Positions 15,301 to 24,300 of a stretch of DNA of 64,000 bases are shown piece after piece. Each line of letters opens with the position of its first letter. Position 1 is the stretch's first letter. Location of the stretch: NCBI GenBank assembly GCA_024704765.1, contig JAKMXF010000334.1, forward strand, positions 62,001 through 126,000, written 5' to 3'. The notes under the pieces were generated by a model. The model saw only the letters and a list, made by a program, of their open reading frames with translations. It was not told the DNA's origin and did not search any database. The stretch is from Oopsacas minuta. Its lineage: Eukaryota; Animalia; Porifera. The position numbers were made by a program, and so were the translations under genes.

Positions 15301-18293
15301 ATGAATTTTGTTGTCAAATATCATCCCAAGGGGCAAAAATATCTCCGTCCACATCACGATTCGTCAACATTTACGATCAACGTTGCGCTGAACAGACACG
15401 AGATCGATTTTACTGGAGGTGGATCGAATTTTCTACGATACAACTGTTCCGTACCGCAAAATCCTGTCGGATGGTTGATCATGCATCCAGGGAGACTTAC
15501 ACATTATCATGAGGGTCTTGAGATTATAAGTGGAGTTAGATATATTATGGTATCATTTATTGACCCTTAGTGTTGGTTTTGAGATGTATTTGATTGTTGT
15601 AATATTCTCAGCCTTTGTGTATTCAGTTTTCAATAGTTTTGTATAATTTTTGTGTTATTATTGTGAATATTTTTCTGTGAACAACTTGCTTTGAAGTGTT
15701 ACCATTGCAATGCTTGGGACAATTGTGTAGATTTTGACTGACCGGTGAGTCAAAATCTACACAATTGACCAACCCTTCGAGATTTGTACATACTTGCTAA
15801 TTGTATTATCCCGATTTTTGTGGGCATGTCGATAATTTCTTCACTTAGTTTTGTCCTCACTCCATCTACGAACACCTACTTATTAAGCATATTTATGTGT
15901 CATTGGTATATACAAGTCCTATTTGATTATTTTCTTGCCAAACCAACTTCATTGCAACTAAAGCTGGTGGCCTCAAGGGTCGTTTAGCCTCCAAAAATTG
16001 TTCCTTCCCATTTTTCAATTATATCCTTTAAGTTTTCTCATATTTTATCCTCAATGTAAATAGATGAACTTGTTATGTGTGTGTATTCTTGTAGAATAAT
16101 TGGAGTTCACTAGAGTCTGTGGGAGACCAATCAACGTACGTTGTAGAGATACAGACTTATCTACATAGAACTATTCCAGCAGTGAGAGATGCACTCTCCT
16201 GTAGTAAGAAGTTCTTCAATCATTTCTGCCATAAATTCGCTTCAGAATTTATCCCTAGTCTAATCAGTAATACACAGAAGTGTAAGCCTCTTTCAGCTAT
16301 TGCTGTAGAGCAGGTGAGATAACTGTACGAGATTTTACTTTTCATTAATTCTGTCTAGTTATACAAAATATCGGTGAACAGACAGATAGTGCAGCTCTGG
16401 GACTTAGAGCTCGCAACATCCTTACATTTTCGGGCAAACCCAGACCTATACAGGCTCGAGGGCGCTATCACCCCCGCTCTGCCCGACGGCCTAAATCACG
16501 AACACGGCCTTGTAACCTTACTCAATGGACAACATTAAGATGTCATATAAATTAATGGAATTGAACAAATAGCATGTTCATAAGTCATAAATTTGAGCTA
16601 TAACTCAAAAACGAAAATCTCGGAAAAGTTCAAATGCTGGCCAATCCAGATAGTTATAGCCCCGAGCCTGGCTCAAGAAAAATCCATACTGATTTTACGT
16701 ACGTAGGACGATTCGCTATTAAGAAATTCCATTATTCACAGAAAACATGCCTGAATTCCTATGAACATGCTTGTCATCTAATCTACGGTAAACCGAAAAT
16801 TATCTCATACGTAATAACCTGTATATTATTATTTAAATGGGATTTATTCATTGAAATTGTTATCAGTGATAATACAAAGTATTTTTGTGTAAAGACATTT
16901 CCAGGACTATTTACAAGACAATTTATAATTGAAAATATCATTCTTGTATATTCAATACAGTATTCTATGTAGCTGATGATTGATGCCCTGACACTAAAAA
17001 CTACTTTATTAGAAATGCCCTCAATTGGACTACAAACAAAGAAAGCACCAGCAAGGTAATGTATTATTTCAGAGTGCGATAATATCCAGGGATTCCCTTC
17101 CCAAGGCAACCCTGATAATATCAGAGCATTAAAGGAGCGCGCTCCTATTGAGGAAACAATTTCAAATTTCGTTGTTCTGCATAAAATTCAGTATTGTCGC
17201 TATAATAGTGGTTGCTGCGACACTTTTTCATAGTTCACATTTAAATACGTAAATAATTGAAAAGGTTTGATGTTGTACATTTAGCAATTTCCCGAATGTA
17301 CAATGATCCAATTCAATCCTGATTATCTATCATACAAATCTAATGTAACTCTGGAAGAATGGAAAGCAGCGTTATTAAATACATGTCATATCGCCCTCCC
17401 CCAATTCTTAAATTATCGATAAGAAACAAGTAATTTTACAATGTACAAGCCCTTTACATGACCTAAGCAAACTGTATTTAATATAAATTCTATTTGGAAA
17501 TATTGATAGAGACTACTGATTGGTTCATCAACTACGTTGGCTATTTGGTTTATAACATATTCACTAGTTATCAATCTATCATAACGAAGGGATTCACTAG
17601 AATAGATCGTATTCTGAAAGTAACAATGACACCGCATGAGAATAGCGAGCTGTTCATAGAAGAATATCTAAAGTTGGTAGAGGAGAGAGAACAATCTGAA
17701 TTCCAGAAAATACTAGAAATGAAGGTATTGGCATCTTTAATCAATAATAAACATTTCTTCGAAATCTCAATGATTTTTATTGTATTTGCCTCTGCCCTTT
17801 CTAACCTTTTCCGCAATTTTGTTCTGATATTAACTTATTTTTCCCCCAGTTTTCGGGGAAAAATTGCAATTCATACTTTCGGATACTTATAGAAAGGTGT
17901 GAAAATATGATAAATTGCCAAAAAGGAGTGAAAAATCACTTTAGAAAAAATTCATACCCGAGGTGCAAATTTACTACCCAAAATGTATACGTACATGTAC
18001 CAATTTTGGAGATAACCTGACTTCTAGATTTCGCACTGCCCCGCTGACGGACGAAAGTATGGACATCACACATTGTACATGCCATAAGGGTACATATATA
18101 CGCCTATCGGAGCTGCAGTAATAATTATAATGAATTATATATTAAGGGTTTAAAAAGAGCAGAACAGAACGCTCTAATGGAACTCTACAAAGTTAGAATT
18201 AGTTTACATGCTCCTGTAAGAGGTGATGCTTCTCCTCAGACTCAGGAGAGCAGACTCAAGAAGTTAGAGAAAATGGTTAAGAGGCCATTCTAG
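3345..18293 (+). CDS. VPS53: Vacuolar protein sorting 53 (GARP/EARP subunit), multi-exon, 5'-incomplete
   Basis: Exons with consistent phases: 3345-3409, 5294-5366, 5854-5996, 6362-6488, 6753-6905, 7441-7613, 7962-8097, 9781-9863, 9963-10041, 16095-16313, 16973-17055, 17568-17724, 18147-18293. Peptides match VPS53 hallmarks: WLDKIDRRFSW, IEVKLLLFAIQKT, SKCFESHL..QDKNL, DLFVFYKKCLVQC, SVGDQSTYV, FQKILEMKGLKR. N-terminal exons were not found in the window. Confidence 0.95.
4051..4238. mobile_element. Pogo/Tigger-like MITE
   Basis: Starts TA|CAGTAGATTCTCC..AACGGACAC and ends with an imperfect inverse (GTCTATTATTCGGGGACTCTACT). Non-coding, ~190 bp. Confidence 0.6.
9475..9606. mobile_element. Pogo/Tigger-like MITE (degenerate)
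   Basis: CAGTACGATGCAACCTCGATTAACCGAAC ... GTTCGAATAATCACAGTTGCACTG|TA imperfect terminal inverted repeats. Confidence 0.55.
10804..11110 (-). pseudogene. 5'-truncated NHL-repeat gene relic (last ~2 propeller blades)
   Basis: SEKLRSYISCSEQGNEQVMQCHSFCFDKKQNIIMSDCRANNIKVFTQEGVLLHTLG..IYPAGIVVTNDNKII parallels the C-terminal blades of the NHL genes at 24720-25958 and 58280-59521. An in-frame stop lies just upstream and no N-terminal part is present. Confidence 0.7.
12861..12927. mobile_element. hAT (Charlie-type TIR) miniature element, 67 bp
   Basis: TIRs CAGCAGTTCCCAACCT / AGGTTGAGAACTGCTG. Flanking 8-mers TTTTAAGG and TTGTAGGG match 6/8, consistent with a decayed 8-bp TSD. Related ends at 27006-27116, ~28028-28115, ~32810, ~7180-7340. 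Confidence 0.7.
13399..15570 (+). CDS. PLOD: Procollagen-lysine 2-oxoglutarate 5-dioxygenase (LH3/PLOD-type, GT + LH domains), intronless, nested in a VPS53 intron
   Basis: ORF-track start 13375 is TTG; first ATG is at 13399 (723 aa). Signal peptide; LKVVTVAT; GGGHKV; MFTDAYD (GT metal motif); YLNSGGFIG; DDQLFY; NFWG; RLAGGYENVPTVDIHM; HHDSSTFT (HxD); THYHEG; C-terminal VSFIDP. Confidence 0.97.
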   Translation: MQSIMCIFLVILFLFAFHCNCLNASLKLKVVTVATDETDGLKRLRRSAEVYDLDLTVTGLGIEWQGGDVARFAGGGHKVNILKEKLEEWRDEPNTVIMFTDAYDVILTANAETILKKFLEFECKLVFAAEPFLWPDLGLERYYPQTRLGYKYLNSGGFIGYAQDVWNIVNDKPIGNDEDDQLFYSVIYVDKREQYDMRLDHRSHIFQNLNGAFGDVELEFRDNDTVLLNKLYQTYPAMVHGNGASKNNLNNLGNYLAQSWVKEFGCVHCDESIIESIDFSPENSPTIQLAIFVEGPTPFLTLFLDKISELSYPKKSIRLFLHNNYDYHSGTLNKWIKENHKLYKSYLIKSPHGKLDEAQAKNTSVHQCLEKSECEYLFTVNSDAMLTNKDIIQLLIQRNRSIIAPLIRMPGKYWSNFWGQVAPDGFYARSFDYFEIIQGDRKGIWNAAFISTAILYNREALEKGLNFESPDLSTDMAGPAFLREKGRFMYSDNQEEYGHLTDATNFDVTRRNPDMYMLYDNKLDWETVYLHENYSGNFEPDVNYSMPCPDVYNVPLVSPLYCQHLIEEMEFFGKWSGGGHNDARLAGGYENVPTVDIHMNQIGYEKHWLTIIKDYVLPVQEKIYVGYSSDGKAIMNFVVKYHPKGQKYLRPHHDSSTFTINVALNRHEIDFTGGGSNFLRYNCSVPQNPVGWLIMHPGRLTHYHEGLEIISGVRYIMVSFIDP
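15720..15767. repeat. Perfect 20-bp inverted repeat with 8-nt loop
   Basis: CAATTGTGTAGATTTTGACT-GACCGGTG-AGTCAAAATCTACACAATTG. Confidence 0.9.
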
Positions 18294-18776
18294 TCAACGA
18301 CAGATATAATAGATTTATTAGTTATATATTTCATTCATTCATTAGTTTAGCTTATTATTAAATCATAATATAGTAGATTACAGATACTTAATTATATTTC
18401 CTTGGCTAAGACATATGATTCCAATAGGACATTGTTTCACAAACTGGAGTCCATGGAAAGTATAGAGATATATGGATTTTGAATATGGAGGGGTCCATAG
18501 AAAACCTGTTGCTCTGAGGGGTCTTCAGCGCAAAAGAAGGTTGCAAAACACTGCCATATGATTTCCAGAATTTCCCAAACAGAATTCCTGGGATATACAT
18601 AGGGAAACCTATTCCCATTCCCACGGCAAACCAAGATATCTCTCTATTAGCCCCCACTATACAAACACATGACGGTTGAATATAATTATATGAATTTAGT
18701 AAATAGAAAAATAGAGCGAAACTAAAGTATAGAAATAGTGTAGAAAAGTGAAAAATTCAAATATTAGTAAATACGA

Positions 18777-20381
18777 TCACAGACAAGTATCTATCATGAT
18801 CCCTTCTTTACTGACACCACGATATATCACACGTCTGTCACTTGTGACAGCTAGACGCTGTACCACACCCTGTCTCCATACTCTAGTCATGGATACCCCA
18901 TCGGAACTGTATATCCCAATGAAACCAACATTTCCAACGAAAATATCACCATCACTTGCAACCGACAAACTCTGCGGTCTGTCCAACTCTTTCGCCGGAT
19001 TGCCAATACTCCCAAATTTGTACCTCAAGTCTCCAGTAGGGCTGTACACGTGTATGCATGGGTAACCTTCATGTAGTACCACTATATCATACGAGGGTGT
19101 TACCGCGATCTCCCTAGGGTGCAAAAACTGTCCCTCCCCATCTTCAGTAGATTTTATCTGAAAAACAACTTTATTGAGATCAGGTGAACACACTAGTACG
19201 CGGTTATTGTTCGTATCTGCTAAAACTATATTGTCTTTCTCAGTCAGTGACAAACCATGAGGGCGCGAAAATACATACCAATCTATCGCAGTGATCTCCA
19301 TGCTACTCTTCAGTTCAATTGAGACGAATCGCAGTGCATTTTTATTAGGAAATGATATGTAATAGCCTGATGGTGCGGCTACAACACTGTGTACAGATTT
19401 TCTTGTTAGACTACGGCCTAATGAACATTTGTGTGCATTTTGTGGGTGTTTAAGATCCATTATGTACAGCGTATTAGTTTCCCAGTCTAATACATGCAAC
19501 TGATTATCAGCTCCTACGTTCAAGCCGTAAGGGGATTGTACACCCATGTTGATTTTCAATAGCTCATCTTGAGGAGGCGTGTTCACCTCAATTATGACAT
19601 GTCCTAATCGTTTGAGTTGGAATTCGATATCTTTATCAATGTTAAATTTAACATCAGGTAGCATAATGACGTCATCTGTTGAAGTTTCGTTTAGTAGTGT
19701 AGAAAATTGATCTCTCATTTCTCCCAATTTTAAAGTGAGTGGGTCTCCTTCTACATCGAGTAATTCATAAGAACTGAGTTCTACTTGTATCTCAATCTTT
19801 CTCTCAGTCGTTGCCTCGAGTATAGCTTGCTCTAGGCGTTCTGCTTGTTTACGTAGATGCGATTCTTGAGTTGCAATTTCCTGTATGACCTTGTTGTAAA
19901 TGTTCTTAACTTTGCGTAGGGCTAGCTCCTTCCTATCCTGCAGTATTTGTATGTATTTGTCGTATTGTGTAGCAATCTGTTGACAGATGTTATTTTCTGC
20001 ATTTCTACATCTGACAATCTGTTGCTCTACACGTGACAGCTGCTGGTTGACAGCAGTCACACGTGATTGACTGTCACGTATTAGATTCCTGAGTGTAACA
20101 CTGGGTGGAGGAACTGCAATTGTTGATAAGTTTATACTGTCCTGACAAACACTAGAATCATCTCTGAGCTCCTGGAATATTCCTGTTGATGACGTCATTG
20201 GTGTACTACAACGACTACGAGCTTCTATCATTTCATTATGTGAGGAGCCGCTAGGAGTACGGTGAGGGGTGCGGTGTCCTGAACGACGTGGAGAGGGGCT
20301 AGATTCACGAGACCGTGAATTGATGAAGGGGAAAAATCGCGGGCGATTGGAATGGGAATTATGTGAGTTGTTATTTTCCAT
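18777..20381 (-). CDS. TRIM-like coiled-coil + NHL beta-propeller protein (534 aa), no RING or B-box, intronless
   Basis: Ser/Arg/Pro-rich N-terminus, coiled coil (~aa 95-195), then NHL blades (SPYGLNV, FSRPHGLSL..VLADTNNNRV, FLHPREIAV, LDRPQSLSVASDGDIFV). Confidence 0.85.
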   Translation of the reverse strand: MENNNSHNSHSNRPRFFPFINSRSRESSPSPRRSGHRTPHRTPSGSSHNEMIEARSRCSTPMTSSTGIFQELRDDSSVCQDSINLSTIAVPPPSVTLRNLIRDSQSRVTAVNQQLSRVEQQIVRCRNAENNICQQIATQYDKYIQILQDRKELALRKVKNIYNKVIQEIATQESHLRKQAERLEQAILEATTERKIEIQVELSSYELLDVEGDPLTLKLGEMRDQFSTLLNETSTDDVIMLPDVKFNIDKDIEFQLKRLGHVIIEVNTPPQDELLKINMGVQSPYGLNVGADNQLHVLDWETNTLYIMDLKHPQNAHKCSLGRSLTRKSVHSVVAAPSGYYISFPNKNALRFVSIELKSSMEITAIDWYVFSRPHGLSLTEKDNIVLADTNNNRVLVCSPDLNKVVFQIKSTEDGEGQFLHPREIAVTPSYDIVVLHEGYPCIHVYSPTGDLRYKFGSIGNPAKELDRPQSLSVASDGDIFVGNVGFIGIYSSDGVSMTRVWRQGVVQRLAVTSDRRVIYRGVSKEGIMIDTCL

Positions 20382-21375
20382 TTTAGAAATTATTGCGAAA
20401 ACTAAAATTATAGAAATTTAACAATAAGATTCCAAATACAGTATACTCCCGTTACATCGAAGCTTTAGGCAACGCGATAATTCGATATAATCGATGGAAT
20501 TGATGTTACAGTTGAAATCGGGCCATTTTGTCCATTTTATTTTTGGCGCTGACAAAACGACAAAATATGCTGATAGACAAAAAACAAACACTTTGCTAAA
20601 TGCTGATGGACTAGATTATTTTTGATAGCTAATATGCCATTAGCAACCATATTTGTAAAATGTCAGTACTTTGATATACGCCGATATTATCCGTGTTCGA
20701 GATAACAAGAGTTAACTGCAGATAATAATGTTCCCTGATTTCAAGAGACAAAACACAAATATATTTTGTCCTCTGCTTCAGAATATCTATACCACTCATA
20801 TTATAACAGAATAGTTAATAACTAATCTGTAGATCCATAATGAGTGATAGTATCCATGAGTAATACAAAACGAATAGACTTTATGCTATTGAATATACTT
20901 TAAGGTTGAATGAAAATAGTTTAAGATAGGGTTATCTAATTATAGGTAGAGACAGCTGCAGGCAACTGTTAGAAACAGGCCATTGCCTAAGATAAGACTT
21001 ACGCTTACTTCGGGTTAATTAATGCCTACGTTCTAAACTTCCACCTAAATACACATCGGTTAGTACGTATATCCCGAGAGTAATTTTCGGCTTCCCGAGG
21101 GTCGAGTTCTACTGTATACAGGCTTGTCAAAGGTCCTACATAGTCAGGTCAGGTCAGGTGTCAAGATTAATCGGGTCGCAAGCCCGTCCCGAGCCCAAGG
21201 CCCGTTCTGGATCGGTTTGCTTCGGGCCATTGCAACCTCTAGTATATACTATATAGCTTTCCTGCACAAAATGGCCGAAATGATAGAGCAACCTTCCCGG
21301 CAAAGAATGGTTTAATAGAAAGAGTCTAAAATTGATTCAATATGTCTAAGCTAAGTGATGGTTTCACCTAATTAG

Positions 21376-24300
21376 TCAGCTGTCAGGCGTACTAGCCTGT
21401 GAATTTAGTTTGGATAGAGTGTACATTGAATAGCGACTTTCTCCAGTAACCTCAGAGAGAACTGTAAGAAATTTTGGTAAATCTAATTTCCCTTTCTCTG
21501 TCGTGTAAGTCTCCAAGATGATTATGCCTTTACCTCTAAAATTAAAGGAATATTGAAAACTTTATGTGAATGAATTACCTACAGTAAAACTCGGATAAGA
21601 AGTACACTTGGATAGTGGAACCAAGAGACTGGCCAAATGCAAACATGGCAATTATAGAAAGGTTGACAGAGTCAGGGAGTCAGCACAGCTCCCGACTGGA
21701 TCAATATTTCAAATCCAACAGATGACATATAAGTATAGTGCTTCTAGTAATAGACCTGAATAATAAACTCACGCAGCTGTACACGGTTCTTTATATACAT
21801 CTAACTGATAGTACTGATTAGCCCACATGAAACATCGTCTCACTTTAAAGATAGGAGCATTGTCTACTGATCTCTGACGAACTAATATCTACAGTAAATT
21901 CCTGTTATAACGAAGTGATTCTTTATTCCCTATAACTTAAAATTAATTGATTTTACTCCACTTATAAGGAAATGAAACCGGGGCCCCGTTATAACGAGAG
22001 TTTACTATCTTTTTCGTATAGAATTGATAATATTATTACGTCATATTCCTTAGAAGTTATCTGTCTCCTCATTTCTGCTATTTCTCCTTTCACAAATCTT
22101 CTCACAGTACAAGTGTATGCGTATTTTCCTAAGAATAACAAAGTGTATAAATTAGGCAAAAATGGAATTCGGTGTAATACATTCACCAAATCGTCATCAT
22201 TATCCATAGCACAAATGTAAGTAATATTAATCACAAAAGTACAGAAATAGGGTTGAAGAGTATATTCCCCGAAGTTTTGACGTTACGTCTTTTTGAACTG
22301 TAATATCAACAGTCCATTATGCCGCCGGGACTGTTTATGTGTTGATGTCCGATCGGACAAAATTGGCTAAGTGGGTTTATGTACATTTATGATTTGATTG
22401 TCAACTTCCATTTACATTCACGGCTTTTGAAGCGGTCCAATTGAAACCTGACCAACGGCAGTGATAAATAACGCATTAATATTACCATTTTGTCCACGTT
22501 TTCTGATTCTAATCTGTGAGTTTTTATCTGGAGAATCCAAATAATCATGTCTCACATCAAAATCTTGAAATGTTGGAAATTCCTAAAATATAATGAAATG
22601 CATAAAATGAGTTTATTCAAAATAGATATTTAATATCAGAGAATAAGATTCTTACCTCATCTGGTATCTGTGATTGTATTAAGAATTTTCGTTTTTTGCT
22701 CTCTATATGTAGCCTATCACCAACATCTATTCCGATACGAGCACAAATTGCCTATTAATTAAATACGCAGATTATTGTAGTCAATGTTTTGCAGTTAGTA
22801 AATTTCAATATTACCTCTTTGACTCGACGGATTTTACCATCAAAATCTGTTGAATTGTCTATAACTTCGACATAAGGATGACCTACCCAAGCCTATATTA
22901 AAGCAGATAATTCAGAGAGAGTATTATTTGATCAGAAATAGCAAAAATAAGTAGGGGCTGTTATTAATCGAGATTTAGATGTCGTACAACGTCTATGGCA
23001 TTATGGCATCATAAAGATAGGAGCTGGACTAATAAGAGTTCAGACACGATGTGGCGACGATATCTTTCAGAATAACTTATCTCTGATCGATTACAGTGAG
23101 TATTCTCGAATTGTATACCAATTCAAACCTCTTCAAATTGTTTATAGACTATAGCACATACTTTTTTTAATAAGTTATCCAATTGTATAGCTTCATCTGC
23201 ACTCTCTGTTCTAACAGGATTATTCTCTTTCGCTTTGAGATAGAAATGTGAAGCACCATCAGCTGCTGTAACCTTAATATTAATACAAAATTCCCGTTCA
23301 GAATAATTCCAACTGTATGTAATAAAGCATTACACTATGCTAAATATATTCTTACCAAATGTATAATAAGATTATAACGAGCATCTCTCATAGCAACACA
23401 ATCAGTATTAAATTCTTTCATCATTTTATCCCACATTCCTTCATCGCAATCTAAGTACAGAACAATTGACCATCCAGTCGATAGTAAATATAAAATCAGT
23501 GGAACGAATTTACGGATAAGACACACTCAAAATTACTTAAAATCAGATTACCACAATGGTTATTCAATTGGGGCTACTCAAGTTAATACTAAATCTGGTT
23601 GTGTTCGTATTATAGAGGTTCCACTGTATAGACATATACGGATACACCCCAAGTAACCAGCAGTTCCAAGTTAAAGAATATAGTATTGGTGAATTCCATT
23701 ATTTCCAGATTATTGCTAAAAGTATAACACCTAAAACTAGTTTAGATATTACAAAAGAAAAATCTCAAAAAACACCGTCTTTGCCGACTTAAATTCACCA
23801 AATAAATTCAGTGGATTATTGACGCTATTCGACTGAAATAATCCTGTTATACAGTTGAGAGCGTCAGAATCGAATTATACGCTCCTGTTTACCCCTAATT
23901 AGCAGGCGGAAGCTAATCTCTAGGACAATTTTGAAATGTTGATAAAAAGGTGTGACAATATGATTAATCATGTGATAAATAACTAAAATAAGTACATTAA
24001 AGTGCTAATTAAATTACATACACTCCACCAGAACTAATTTTATGCATTTATGCTTAATTATAAAACACTACAATCTGATTGGGCTAAAATAGGTGTCAAA
24101 AGGTGTGAAAATATACACATAAGAAAATTTTCAAATGTCATATGCATATCTAGGTCTCTACGAGTGTAAATGCCAAATTTTGGTGTCTTAATCTCTAAAG
24201 GTGTGAACAGCAGAGCGAAAACATATATACATACGAAGTCAACCATTTTAGAACTGAGCCATTATTCTAATGTAATACGTACTCTGTATTTCTCAAACAA

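Noticed and set aside
15571-16094. Absence of AATAAA after the nested PLOD as an adaptation to avoid truncating VPS53
   Set aside because: The RPS16 3' flank also lacks AATAAA, and absence in ~500 bp is not improbable by chance.
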